This document shows positions 33,341-44,766 of a stretch of 64,000 nt of DNA, piece after piece; positions within the stretch are counted from its first letter, which is position 1; every line of letters starts with the position of its first letter. Made by a program: the position numbers and the translations under genes. The stretch covers positions 754,963-818,962 of the forward strand of contig CP064996.1 in NCBI GenBank assembly GCA_016699995.1. Direction: 5' to 3'. Origin of the DNA: a bacterium (GTDB taxonomy: Bacteria; Patescibacteriota; Doudnabacteria; UBA920). The notes beneath the pieces are model-generated. The model ran no database searches, was not told where the DNA came from, and was given only the letters and a program-made list of their open reading frames with translations.

Positions 33341-33952
33341 TTAAACTGCTTCGTACACGTAAGTTTTAAGCTTTACAGTAAACCTGGTAACGCCATCGCC
33401 GCTAGTTACATCCATATTGCTTACATCTACGATACGGCCAGAAGATTCGACAATTTGCAGGAAGTTGCGGAACTGATCGATATTACCGCTGACAGTAATG
33501 TTAACATTGACTGTCTTTAATGCGCGCTTGGCGCCGTAAGGATCTTCGAGTACGGTTTTATTTCCAGCAGCAGGGGTTTTACCAACAGCTTCGTCGGAGA
33601 TATTGATCTGGGATACTTGCATACCTGAAGATGTGGCGTAGCTTTCAAATAAGATAGAAAGCTGGGTAGCGCGGGTGGCCAAAGGAAGCGCTTCATCGAC
33701 AAGCTTTATCTGGTTTTCGGAAGTTTCCAGCTTGGAGATGAGCTCATTCATTTCCATTTCATCCGCCTGAATCTGATCCAGTTGACCTTCCGCTGATTTT
33801 AACTGATTGCTCTTTTCGACATAAGAATTAAATTTTGGTATTAAAATAAACCAGGCAAAAATAACCAGCACAATTATTATCAAAATAGACTGGAAAAGAG
33901 GGTTTTGAGCCTGCTTTGATCTCATTATAGAATTCATGTTTGGAGTATTCAT
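33341..33952 (-). CDS. pilO: PilO-like pilus assembly protein.
   Basis: 203 aa. TM helix plus coiled coil. Position between pilN and pilB. Confidence 0.55.
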   Translation of the reverse strand: MNTPNMNSIMRSKQAQNPLFQSILIIIVLVIFAWFILIPKFNSYVEKSNQLKSAEGQLDQIQADEMEMNELISKLETSENQIKLVDEALPLATRATQLSILFESYATSSGMQVSQINISDEAVGKTPAAGNKTVLEDPYGAKRALKTVNVNITVSGNIDQFRNFLQIVESSGRIVDVSNMDVTSGDGVTRFTVKLKTYVYEAV

Positions 33953-33957
33953 AGCAG

Positions 33958-34518
33958 TTATTTCTTTAATAGATCTTTATTCAGAGTAAGGCTGAGGCGC
34001 ATCGAAGTAGCTAGAAGGTTACCCTGTTCCGCTTTGGCTAAGGACATAACTTTTACGTTAGAAAATTGCTTATTATACTCCGGCAAGTCAAAGACCTGCA
34101 AAAACTTTTCCGCTTCGGCATACGAAGGAACAGTAACTGTTAACTCTAAAGTTCCGTCATCAGTGGCAGAGATAGAGGTATACTGCGCAGAAGTCAAAGT
34201 TACCCGGGCTAATTCTGGGAGCAAGCCGGACCAGTACAGATGAGTAGTCAGGAGCTGATCTATGTTCTTTAACTGTCCTTGCCGAGTCAGCAGCTCTTTG
34301 CGCTTTTCGTTGTTTTGCATCTCAGCGACGGTGCTATCGATAGTGCGCTTTACATCAGCGGTCTTTCTTTCTGCCTGCCAGCTGAACAAAAATAGCCCTG
34401 CATATAATAGCAAAGCGGCCACTAAGGCTATAGTGACTAAGCGGAGAATCCACTGCTTGCTTCGCGCGCGAATAACGTTAGTATGCGCTTGCGAATCTAA
34501 TAAATTAATATCTGCCAT
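33958..34518 (-). CDS. pilN: PilN-like pilus assembly protein.
   Basis: N-terminal INLL motif plus single TM helix. Confidence 0.6.
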   Translation of the reverse strand: MADINLLDSQAHTNVIRARSKQWILRLVTIALVAALLLYAGLFLFSWQAERKTADVKRTIDSTVAEMQNNEKRKELLTRQGQLKNIDQLLTTHLYWSGLLPELARVTLTSAQYTSISATDDGTLELTVTVPSYAEAEKFLQVFDLPEYNKQFSNVKVMSLAKAEQGNLLATSMRLSLTLNKDLLKK

Positions 34519-34550
34519 TTGATGTTAGTTTTTGATTTCTATTATATAGA

Positions 34551-35564
34551 CTATTTGGTTTGTCTTAACGCTAATCCCACAGCTACTGCGATCTGCATTG
34601 TAAACCGCTTCAATACCGGCTCGACTTCGGCTGGATAGCTAAGCTGGGCGATACTGTCGCCGTATACCACAGAAGGAGCAAGATCCGAAAAATACTCCTT
34701 TAAGCCCGGCATCTGGGAAGCGCCGCCAGCTAGAATAATGCTGTCTACGCCTACGCTGTGTGATTTATAAAGATCCAACACCTGCCTGACCTCTGACTTG
34801 ATGTTCTCCACTACAGGCTTTACCGCTTCTGGAAGGAACTCTGTTGAATTATTCATTCCGAAGTCTCTCTTGAATTGTTCTGCCCGAGCAGTCTGCAAAT
34901 TCAATGTCTGGGAAATCTTCTCGGTAATAGTATCCCCTCCGATGTTAAGATTGCGAGTCAGCTGAAGCAAACCTTGCTTTATAAAGTTAATTCCAGTGAC
35001 TTTTCCACCTATGTCAATTATAACATAATTTTTAGTCTGGTCCTTAATTAAGGCACGAATTAATGCCAAGGCCTCGATTTCTATAATCTCCAGCTCCAAA
35101 CCTGCCTGTTGAAATATTCTTATATAGATATCCCGAATTTGCTTAGGAACCGCTATCAACAGGATCTTGAAGGTATTATTAGCCATATCTTCGGAGATAA
35201 GGCTCCAGGATAATGTGACTTCCGAAAAGGGCAAAGGGATATATTTTTTGGCCTCAAATTGAATAGCCGACTCCAATTCTTCGTCAGTCATTTTTGGCAT
35301 ATCGATTACCGAGGTGAATACGGCGGAATTAGGAAGGCTAACCACGCAACGCTTTGTGGTAGCCCTAGACTTGATTACTAAGTTGCGCAGAAGTTCCACA
35401 TTCTTGTCGATGGATTCCTGAGTGCTCTGCATAGTGATAGGTTCTGCCAAATCTACTATGCCATAAGTTTCTATCAATTGGTCGTCATCGCGCAGCTGCA
35501 CCAGCTTAATGGCTTCTGTGCCGATATCAATGCCTAAAATGGATTTGTCTTTACCAAACCACAT
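34551..35564 (-). CDS. pilM: PilM, actin-like ATPase of the pilus alignment complex.
   Basis: ILGIDIGTEAIKLV N-terminal actin-fold phosphate-1 motif. 337 aa. Confidence 0.75.
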   Translation of the reverse strand: MWFGKDKSILGIDIGTEAIKLVQLRDDDQLIETYGIVDLAEPITMQSTQESIDKNVELLRNLVIKSRATTKRCVVSLPNSAVFTSVIDMPKMTDEELESAIQFEAKKYIPLPFSEVTLSWSLISEDMANNTFKILLIAVPKQIRDIYIRIFQQAGLELEIIEIEALALIRALIKDQTKNYVIIDIGGKVTGINFIKQGLLQLTRNLNIGGDTITEKISQTLNLQTARAEQFKRDFGMNNSTEFLPEAVKPVVENIKSEVRQVLDLYKSHSVGVDSIILAGGASQMPGLKEYFSDLAPSVVYGDSIAQLSYPAEVEPVLKRFTMQIAVAVGLALRQTK

Positions 35565-35758
35565 AAAAAATCTGCTTGTTCTTAATATTAGTCAATTTTA
35601 TTTTGAAAAATTTTGTTTCGGACTGCGTCTTTCGAGCCTAGAGGTTCATTTTGTCTTTTTTAGAATACTATATTTAAGGGTGTATTGTCAAAATTAAAAA
35701 GGTCTGTTACAATACCTGAGTTAGTTAACCATATTTGCCCGTCGAAGATAGACACCAC

Positions 35759-35834
35759 GGGCCTCTAGCTCATCTGGTAGAGCGCCGCATTTGCACTGCG
35801 GAGGCGAGCGGTTCGAGTCCGCTGAGGTCCACCA
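35759..35834 (+). tRNA. tRNA-Ala(UGC).
   Basis: GGGCCTC-TA-GCTC-ATCTGGTA-GAGC-G-CCGCA-TTTGCAC-TGCGG-AGGCG-AGCGG-TTCGAGT-CCGCT-GAGGTCC-ACCA. Encoded CCA. Confidence 0.9.
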
Positions 35835-35860
35835 AAAAACCGCCTTAGGGCGGTTTTTTC
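35835..35860 (+). terminator. Rho-independent terminator after tRNA-Ala.
   Basis: aaaaccgcc-ttag-ggcggtttttt. Confidence 0.7.
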
Positions 35861-35917
35861 ATACGCAAAATATCTTATACCCAGGCCGCCGGCCTTTATA
35901 TATAGTATAATTACTTT

Positions 35918-36157
35918 ATGAAATTTATCGTTGGTCCCTTACTCATTGTGCTTGGCGTACTGTTTATGAAGTACACCGTGTGGATTACCCAGCAAGTTGG
36001 GAAAGTCGGTTTCGCCGACAAATGGCTAGGCTTCCCGTTTGCGGGCACCTATTCTTGGTGGAGATTGATAGGATTGTTAATGATCGTCGGCGCCCTGCTC
36101 TGGATGGGTGGATTCCTGGATTTTGGCACTGCAAATATCGAGATTCCAAACTCCTAA
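35918..36157 (+). CDS. Small hydrophobic membrane protein (79 aa) between the two tRNAs.
   Basis: Two predicted TM helices. No recognisable family. Confidence 0.3.
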   Translation: MKFIVGPLLIVLGVLFMKYTVWITQQVGKVGFADKWLGFPFAGTYSWWRLIGLLMIVGALLWMGGFLDFGTANIEIPNS

Positions 36158-36228
36158 GCTCCGAGCTATGCATCTGCCTCGGGGTATTGATTTTTAACCC
36201 GTCTACTGCTAAACTTACTCCTATGTGA

Positions 36229-36305
36229 GGGCGTGTAGCTCAGATGGTTAGAGCGCGTCACTGATAATGACGAGGTCCCAGGTTCGATTCCTGGCACGCC
36301 CACCA
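36229..36305 (+). tRNA. tRNA-Ile(GAU).
   Basis: GGGCGTG-TA-GCTC-AGATGGTTA-GAGC-G-CGTCA-CTGATAA-TGACG-AGGTC-CCAGG-TTCGATT-CCTGG-CACGCCC-ACCA. Confidence 0.9.
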
Positions 36306-36307
36306 CC

Positions 36308-36347
36308 AAAAAATCCGCTAGCCGAAAGGCAGACAGCGGATTTTTTG
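36308..36347 (+). terminator. Rho-independent terminator after tRNA-Ile.
   Basis: aatccgct-agccgaaaggcagac-agcggatt then TTTTTT. Confidence 0.6.
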
Positions 36348-36406
36348 TTAGACGAGAGATCACCCCCTCTGGACTCTATAAAAGCGAGTCTGAATATTTT
36401 TAAAAA

Positions 36407-37858
36407 TTATACTATCAATAGCATAGCAATGAGCATTGCCACGAACGAAGCATTGGCCACTAAGCTGAGATGCTGAACATGGCGCTTAATGGCAATCGCC
36501 AAGATCAGAGCCGTAAGTATTCCGGCCAAAATTAATAGCAAGGATTTTTGTTCCCACACTTTAGGATTGAATGAAGTGCCGAAGATGGTAACCTGCGCAC
36601 CCTCTACATTACCGCCTACGTTAAGGCTTCGGCTGAATTCAGCTACCGGCTGCTGATGCATTTGGCCATTCATGTCGGTAACCTGAACAACTAGGTTATC
36701 GTACTGGCCGAGGGACGCGATCGAGATGTCTGCTTTCCATAGGCCGTTGCCAATTGGATCCAGCATCACGCTGCTATTGCCAAAGAAGGCCATGGCTTTA
36801 ACTGTATTTTCGGAAGCTTGGATTTCTAAATATAATTTATCGCCCTGTAAAGAAGTTTTTGTTTCGATAATCTGCAAAGGAGCAGGGTTAACTGGCGTAA
36901 CCAGTAATGGCAAGTTGTTAGGACCGGGTGTCGCAACCACTGGTTGCGCTACTGCTGCAGGTGAAGCTAAAGGAGATGCTCCAGACTGTGCGCTAGGAAC
37001 AGGCAAAGGACCGCTCGCCGCTGGCACAGCTGCCTGAGGGACAGAACTAGGAGCTGGTTGCGGTGCAGGAGCAGCAGCCACCTGAGTAGGCTTATCCTGA
37101 GTTGCTACCGGCGCATTAAGAGGATTGGCGAACATTTGTACAACAATCGTAGTTTGATGATTGTCATAGGTTCCTTTTGCAATACCAATGCCAATTTGGG
37201 TGAAGTTCTTGTTTAAAATATTTGCGCGGTGACCAGGGCTGTTCATCCAGGCACTTTGCACATCTTCTGCAACCGTAAAGTCGATGGCTAGGTTTTCACC
37301 GGCAGTTGTATACTTGTAGCCAACTGCTTTAATGAAGCTCCAAGGAGTTGCGCCGTCCGGAGTGTTATGCGAAAAATACTGGCGGGCCAACATATCGTCC
37401 GCTTTATTCTGGGCAGCCTTTGCCAGCAAGCCGCTGGTGGTCAATTCGCCCATGCCGGCATCAACACGGGCGCTGTTGGCCAAACTGACGATTGTTTCGT
37501 TAGTGATGGCAGCAGCATCAGCTGTTACGGTCGGACCAAGGGCAACAAAAGAAATGCTCGCCACTTTTATTGTGACAACCAATATGGACAATAACGCCAA
37601 AACCCGATGACTCAATGCATGCGGGTGATAATTGTTTCGCTCATGCGGGATCACATGATCGGCTAAAGATCGGGCTGCCCGTTTGAGGGTAGGCATGTCG
37701 ATAGCGCCAAAAGATTCCGAAATCGGCAAGTAGGTAGACAGGTTATTCATTTGTATTTTTGTTTTTGTTTCGATGGATTTGGCCGAATTTGTTTTTGATT
37801 CGGACCAAACTTTCAATTTATCTGTTACTAGTATATCATAATTTTCATAAAAAATCAA
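36407..37858 (-). CDS. Membrane-anchored CAP/SCP (YkwD-like) domain protein with a Pro/Ala/Gln-rich linker. The start is probably internal.
   Basis: YFSHNTPDG...ENLA...SAWMNSPGHRANIL...IGIGIA SCP block. Low-complexity PAPQPAPSSVPQAAVPAASGPLPVP linker. C-terminal TM helix. Confidence 0.55.
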   Translation of the reverse strand: MIFYENYDILVTDKLKVWSESKTNSAKSIETKTKIQMNNLSTYLPISESFGAIDMPTLKRAARSLADHVIPHERNNYHPHALSHRVLALLSILVVTIKVASISFVALGPTVTADAAAITNETIVSLANSARVDAGMGELTTSGLLAKAAQNKADDMLARQYFSHNTPDGATPWSFIKAVGYKYTTAGENLAIDFTVAEDVQSAWMNSPGHRANILNKNFTQIGIGIAKGTYDNHQTTIVVQMFANPLNAPVATQDKPTQVAAAPAPQPAPSSVPQAAVPAASGPLPVPSAQSGASPLASPAAVAQPVVATPGPNNLPLLVTPVNPAPLQIIETKTSLQGDKLYLEIQASENTVKAMAFFGNSSVMLDPIGNGLWKADISIASLGQYDNLVVQVTDMNGQMHQQPVAEFSRSLNVGGNVEGAQVTIFGTSFNPKVWEQKSLLLILAGILTALILAIAIKRHVQHLSLVANASFVAMLIAMLLIV

Positions 37859-38101
37859 GCTCTATTCTATACAAAATTCTAAATATAAAACCTCCCATGC
37901 GGGAGGCTTTATTATTTTCTTCGAACCACTGTGGTTGCATCGTAGTTGGTAGAGTCGATGTCAGAGATCATAATGTAACTGACGAGTGACACTCCGGAAA
38001 CCAACAGAAACACAATTGTCCATATAAACCAGCGGTTATCGGAAACTTCCTTAGGTTTAGTTATCATGGTTGTAGCTTTATTAATCTTATTATACCACAG
38101 A

Positions 38102-38842
38102 TTATTCCAACTTAAGCAGTAAAGCCATTATTACTACACCCAGCACGAAGCTGAATATCTGCCAAAACGACTTAACCGGTGAGCGCTCCTTATGGAGCTC
38201 CGGAATAATATCAGACATGGCAATATAGATGAAGCTGGCGCCGGCAAAAGCAAGCAAGATTTGCGGCGTTTCCATGTTGGGAGCGAATGCAAGTACGATT
38301 ACAGCACCCGCGATCGAGGCTAAGGCAGAAATGAAATTATACAGCAAAGCTTTGGCACGGCTCCATCCCCCATGGACGAGAATTGCAAACTGGCCTATCT
38401 CCTGAGGTATTTCGTGAAGAACCACTGCGATGGTGGCGGCAATACCCAGAGGCACACTCACCACAAAACTCGCCGCAATAACCATGCCGTCGATAAAGTT
38501 GTGCAGAGTATCACCAGCCATACTGGTATAAACTATCGAATGAACCGATTCTTCGTGCTCATCATGCGAATGATGCCATAATATGTATTTCTCCAAGAGG
38601 AAAAATATCACAATGCCGATTAGGAAATAAATTCCCATACGCGGTCCGAAACCGACCTCGCTCATCTCCGGAATCACGTGAATAAACACGTCACCCAACA
38701 ATGCACCGGCCGAGAATCCGACTAAGTAGTGAAGAATTTGCTTTAAGAACTTTTGATTAATTCCCAAAGCGACAATACCAACCAAAGAAACAACGCTCAC
38801 TACCAATACGCTGATTAAGGTATAAATATATATTTCTGTCAT
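38102..38842 (-). CDS. ZIP-family divalent metal (zinc) transporter.
   Basis: 246 aa. Eight TM segments. HHSHDEHEE loop. HNFIDG and HEIPQEIGQF signature. Confidence 0.75.
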   Translation of the reverse strand: MTEIYIYTLISVLVVSVVSLVGIVALGINQKFLKQILHYLVGFSAGALLGDVFIHVIPEMSEVGFGPRMGIYFLIGIVIFFLLEKYILWHHSHDEHEESVHSIVYTSMAGDTLHNFIDGMVIAASFVVSVPLGIAATIAVVLHEIPQEIGQFAILVHGGWSRAKALLYNFISALASIAGAVIVLAFAPNMETPQILLAFAGASFIYIAMSDIIPELHKERSPVKSFWQIFSFVLGVVIMALLLKLE

Positions 38843-38931
38843 GAATAAAAAATTAGTTTACCTACATATTATATCTGCTAATCGGATAAGAAAAAAGAGG
38901 CGCTGCTAAGAGCGCCTCATTATAATTCAAA

Positions 38932-40053
38932 CTAAGGAGCCAGGGCGATTTCGCCGTAATAAGTTGGGTCAAAATTACTCGAGCAGTACTCGCTAGGATC
39001 TATTCGCAGGCCGGTGATTATGCCAGACCATTTGTAATGCCAAGTAGAATTCACATGGCCATTGAATGGTCCGATTCCGGATGGGTGATAGTACAAGACC
39101 TTGCTCTCATCAAAGAATGGTTCAAAATTTGTCGTGAAATAAATTTTACCACCATAGGAAGAGCAGACGTTATACAGATCCAAATAGACTTGCTTATAAT
39201 CCGAAGCCTCCGCGGCAATAGAACTGCTGCAAGGCTTTGCCAAACCACAGTTAGTCAAACCGCTGCGCTTAATATACGGATCGTAGTCGCCGTCCATCCA
39301 TAGCGCATCGCCGCTCACACCCCAAGAACGAAGATTAACCAAGTCCCATAGCTCACGGTTGCCGTATTCTGAGAACTTCCATTTATAGCCGTTCTGGAGC
39401 AATACCATGGGGTTGTAAGTTCTGGCTGTTACAGCAAAACCGTCATCCCGATAGTTAAGCGTGCGGCTAGATGGGTAATACGGTTCGGCATTACCATCAT
39501 CCTTGTCTATCTGGTAATGCAAATGCGCACCGGTTGAATTGCCCCGGCAAACATCTCCCGAACCGCCGCCGCTTTTGCCAATTACTGCCCCCGCATGAAC
39601 ATAATCACCAACACTCACCGGAACCCCGTAACTATAAGTCCTGGATTTTAAGTGGGCAAATGTCTGATATATGGCCTCCCATTGCCTTTGTGGGTGATAG
39701 CTACGCACTACTATCAAACCACCCCACGAATTGTCGCATCGCGACACCACTACAGTACCAGCCATTGGCGTTCGTACATCCGTACCAGAACTCACAGCAA
39801 TATCTACCCCGGGATGCTGGCCGCAGCCCTCACCTCGGCATCCGCTGGAAACGCCATTGTCCTGATTATCCCGGTACAAAGTAGTGTATTTGCTTTTGCC
39901 CGTATTTGGACTGCCGTTATAGGTGCCGTTATAATCTGGCACCGAAGCGATAGGTTTGAGTGCCTGAGCAGCTGCACTGCTTGTACATAAAGCAATTGCT
40001 ACCAAACCCGCCACAACAACTAAAAAGCATTTTACGTTTGAATTGAATTTCAT
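38932..40053 (-). CDS. Secreted M23-family (LytM) peptidase with a C-terminal extension.
   Basis: Signal peptide. HPGVDIA...G..V.AG.V...GHLHYQI M23 metal-ligand motifs. Confidence 0.7.
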   Translation of the reverse strand: MKFNSNVKCFLVVVAGLVAIALCTSSAAAQALKPIASVPDYNGTYNGSPNTGKSKYTTLYRDNQDNGVSSGCRGEGCGQHPGVDIAVSSGTDVRTPMAGTVVVSRCDNSWGGLIVVRSYHPQRQWEAIYQTFAHLKSRTYSYGVPVSVGDYVHAGAVIGKSGGGSGDVCRGNSTGAHLHYQIDKDDGNAEPYYPSSRTLNYRDDGFAVTARTYNPMVLLQNGYKWKFSEYGNRELWDLVNLRSWGVSGDALWMDGDYDPYIKRSGLTNCGLAKPCSSSIAAEASDYKQVYLDLYNVCSSYGGKIYFTTNFEPFFDESKVLYYHPSGIGPFNGHVNSTWHYKWSGIITGLRIDPSEYCSSNFDPTYYGEIALAP

Positions 40054-40178
40054 AATCTCCTCCTTAACTATGTTTCAATTCTATCGACAGGCTCTTCAAG
40101 CCTGGTTGAAGATTTATTCAAAACCCATTCAACCCGCACACTCTAAACTAAAAATAAAAACCCTTACCAAAGTAAGGG

Positions 40179-40859
40179 TTAAAATATTTTGCGCTCCAAT
40201 GCAGTTAAGGAACGGTCCATATTAATTTCTGCCTGCTCGCTATACTTGTCGTGAAAAAATTCTGTGGAGTAGATCCGGTTACGGCTCAGAAAACTTTCCA
40301 GAACCTTGATCCGGCCCTTAGTGAAATCCTCTTCCGAAACCCAGCCGTATTCCTTGCGGACGTTGGCTTCGTATTCGTCAAAGATTTCTTTAGGTTGGCC
40401 AAGTATAGCCAAGTCGATATCTACCAGAATCTTTTCGTCGTCCTGCTGCGGCAACGCATTATGCTTAGTGATCAAAATCAGCCGGCGCACATCATCTTGT
40501 AAAGTTTGCGGCAAGCCAGCCGTGCACATTAGTGCCATGGCGTATTCCGCGCTTAGATCCTCGCTAGTCAGCTCATTGAGGTTAAGCAATTTGGTGTCAT
40601 ACACCACGTCGTGCAACCACAGCGCTAGTTCCACCGCATGGCGGTTAGGAATCTCTAATCGATAAGCTTGCAACTCTCTTAGGCAATGCTCGATGTGGGT
40701 CAAAGTATGGTAATACCTATGAGGCTCCGAGTAACGGTCGGCTATCTGATTATAGACTTCGATCGAATTACCTCGTGCTCCCAACTCTCTATACAGACGG
40801 ATCCATACCCACCGCAAGTCGCTTCTACTGCTCATTTTTCTTCTCCTTAAGCCGTTCAA
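40179..40859 (-). CDS. HD-superfamily metal-dependent phosphohydrolase-like protein.
   Basis: YYHTLTHIEHC...LALWLHDVVYD matches the H...HD motif arrangement. The start may be the internal ATG (MSSRSD). Confidence 0.4.
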   Translation of the reverse strand: MNGLRRRKMSSRSDLRWVWIRLYRELGARGNSIEVYNQIADRYSEPHRYYHTLTHIEHCLRELQAYRLEIPNRHAVELALWLHDVVYDTKLLNLNELTSEDLSAEYAMALMCTAGLPQTLQDDVRRLILITKHNALPQQDDEKILVDIDLAILGQPKEIFDEYEANVRKEYGWVSEEDFTKGRIKVLESFLSRNRIYSTEFFHDKYSEQAEINMDRSLTALERKIF

Positions 40860-41337
40860 ATACTGGAGGAGGTACCAGCTGAGGCAGCTTAGTTTCCCAA
40901 TCTTCCCCCATCCAGTAATACTTCACCCAAGTCGAGCTGGTATTACCCAACTCATACGGAGGCATTACAAACCAATGCAATACACTCGGATAGATTGATT
41001 CGTTGAATGTAAATAGTCCCTGCTCTTCGACAAAATCTGAAGGGCTTCTCATGCCGCGAATCATATCTGTGACGCGCCTTGCTCTGGCATAATCTATAAC
41101 TAGCTTGCCGGATGGCAAGATGACAACTTCGACATTTTTGCCACGGCCGGATAAATCTGCAGGGAGGCAGTCGAGAATCATTTGCCTGCGCTCTTCATCG
41201 GTAAACATATATTTCTTACCTGGATTAACGGCGATCAAAATGATCAAGTTGTCATGACGCTTGAGTGTCTGATCTACGACGTATTGGTGACCTTTAGTGA
41301 ACGGGTCAAATGAACCTGCATACAGTGCTAATGTCAT
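40825..41337 (-). CDS. coaD: Phosphopantetheine adenylyltransferase.
   Basis: MTLALYAGSFDPFTKGHQYVV (T/HxGH motif). 170 aa. Confidence 0.85.
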   Translation of the reverse strand: MTLALYAGSFDPFTKGHQYVVDQTLKRHDNLIILIAVNPGKKYMFTDEERRQMILDCLPADLSGRGKNVEVVILPSGKLVIDYARARRVTDMIRGMRSPSDFVEEQGLFTFNESIYPSVLHWFVMPPYELGNTSSTWVKYYWMGEDWETKLPQLVPPPVFERLKEKKNEQ

Positions 41338-41603
41338 AAGTCCTCCTAAATTTCTAACTTTGTAGTATAGGCTTTTTAGACGGTTTTGTAAACACCGGCC
41401 ATTTGCCCAATTTCAAACAAACAAAAAACACCCTTACGGGCGTCCTTAAACTTTTAGATAAAGTATTTAACAACTAGATAGTGATTAAAATGCAACCGAC
41501 TACATGTCTTTTGAGTTTCGTCATATTATAAATAATAGACGACGACCACAGAATATCAAGTTCTTGTTTCGAAAAACGAAGAAGCATGAAATTTTATTCC
41601 TTA

Positions 41604-43066
<1,463 letters not shown>

Positions 43067-43544
43067 AAATAAAACTGCGCACTCTATATATAGAGCTTGC
43101 AAGAGTTTGTTCTCACACTATTACACACCGAAGTGTATAGTGCTCATTGGAGAACTTGGCGATAGATTTATTTTTAAACGTTCTATCAGACGTTTGAAGT
43201 ATTATTGAACTCAAAAAACTTGACGTAATCAATTCCCATACAAACAGACGCGACGGGCAAGCCCGTCACTTCTCTTAAATATAGGCGACAATCTACAAAT
43301 GCATCCATATATAGATGCAAAAGTTTTGTACAACATTTTAATCACTATGCAGTTGTCAAAGTACTATATGGTTTCGCTAATTAGGAGTATAAAAAACACT
43401 CAAAGTGACCTTTGAAGTGCTCATTTCCCGGCATGGCCGGCCCTAGATAATCACCGTAGTTACATCTAAGTGGAATTGAGGTGTGTTTGCTTTTAAATAT
43501 TCTTAATTAGGATTCAAACCAATCTTCTACTATATTAGAGGTTT

Positions 43545-43575
43545 TGCTGGAGCTTGTCAAGGGTTTTTTTATGAA
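43545..43575 (+). promoter_or_regulatory. Sigma70-type promoter for the 43618..44058 gene.
   Basis: TTGTCA, 17 nt spacer, TATGAT. AGGAGG RBS 7 nt before the ATG. Confidence 0.45.
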
Positions 43576-43617
43576 TTATGATCAATTTTAAGAAAGCCAA
43601 AATCAAGGAGGCAAATT

Positions 43618-44058
43618 ATGGATACTCGATTCATTTTTGCTTATGGATATGGGGATAATACCCCTCAAAGCATCAAAACTGTTGAGCTAATTAAGAAGGC
43701 CGGGCCCAAAGGCATAGGCTGGTGGGAAATAGAAGCCGAACTAGCTTTGCAAAATAAGTCTAAAATCGGAGCCCGTCCGTCATTAGGAATCATGCCCTGG
43801 GCAGAGCCAAGCAGGGTCGGATCCAGGCTAAGCGGGGTGCTTATACCCCTTACTACCAATCGCCTCGTGATGGAGAACCTGGAGATGATCGAAAGTGAGG
43901 GCCATGCTATCGGATTCACAACTTTACGAAAAGAAGTATGGGATGAATCCAACGGCGAATGCTGGCTCGACCTGCAGATCAAACCGGACGGCAACCAGCT
44001 TATAGGAATACTTTCTCTGTTGGATAAAAAAATGAAAGCGTATCCGACAATGATGTAA
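43618..44058 (+). CDS. Hypothetical protein (146 aa) with its own promoter, RBS and terminator.
   Basis: No recognisable motif. Followed by the hairpin aaacttacg-attcaat-cgtaagttt plus T-run at 44065..44093. Confidence 0.5.
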   Translation: MDTRFIFAYGYGDNTPQSIKTVELIKKAGPKGIGWWEIEAELALQNKSKIGARPSLGIMPWAEPSRVGSRLSGVLIPLTTNRLVMENLEMIESEGHAIGFTTLRKEVWDESNGECWLDLQIKPDGNQLIGILSLLDKKMKAYPTMM

Positions 44059-44151
44059 AACATAAAACTTACGATTCAATCGTAAGTTTTTTTATTTCAA
44101 TATTTAAGCTTGTATAAATACCCCCGCATGCATAAATATCCCTTCGCCGAC

Positions 44152-44766
44152 TTACTGATTAGGAGTATTATTCAGGCTCTTCCAAAGATAGCGGCTGGCA
44201 GTAGTTCTATGGGGAGACCATTTTTTTGTAATGCGTTCGAGCTGCTTTTCGGTGGGCGGTTTCTTGAGCTTATAAAGCTTGATAATGGCATTGCGCAATC
44301 CTAAATCACCATTACTAAACACATCCGGACGCATTAAGCTAAACATCAAAAACATTTCCGCAGTCCACCGGCCAATGCCTTTAATTTTTACCAGCTCAGC
44401 AATAACTTCTTCGTCTGTCATTCGATTAAGGCTGTTAAGCCGCACTTCTTTGGCAATTACTTTACTGCAGACATCTTTGATATAACTAATCTTCTGGTAA
44501 GATAAACCGGCTGCGCGCATTTTACTGTCATTAGTCCTTAATATCACTTCGGGCTTGGGGAATTTCTTGTTTGGAAATAAAGCCAAAAACCGGGCATAGA
44601 TCGTATCAGCTGCTTTTACCGAAAGCTGCTGGGAAACTATGACTTCTACTAACGACTCCAGGTGGGTACGGCGCGACTTCTTGCGCGGCTCCATGATGTT
44701 CAATTTTATGAAGCTTCCCAAAATAGGGTCAGCCAATATTAAGTGCTTCTCCGGGTTCTGGTTCAT
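44152..44766 (-). CDS. HhH-GPD superfamily DNA glycosylase (AlkA/3-methyladenine glycosylase II-like).
   Basis: VIVSQQLSVKAA.TIY.RF...IKGIGRWTAEMFLMFSL..PDVFS.GDLGLRNA helix-hairpin-helix GPD motif with catalytic Asp. Confidence 0.7.
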   Translation of the reverse strand: MNQNPEKHLILADPILGSFIKLNIMEPRKKSRRTHLESLVEVIVSQQLSVKAADTIYARFLALFPNKKFPKPEVILRTNDSKMRAAGLSYQKISYIKDVCSKVIAKEVRLNSLNRMTDEEVIAELVKIKGIGRWTAEMFLMFSLMRPDVFSNGDLGLRNAIIKLYKLKKPPTEKQLERITKKWSPHRTTASRYLWKSLNNTPNQ

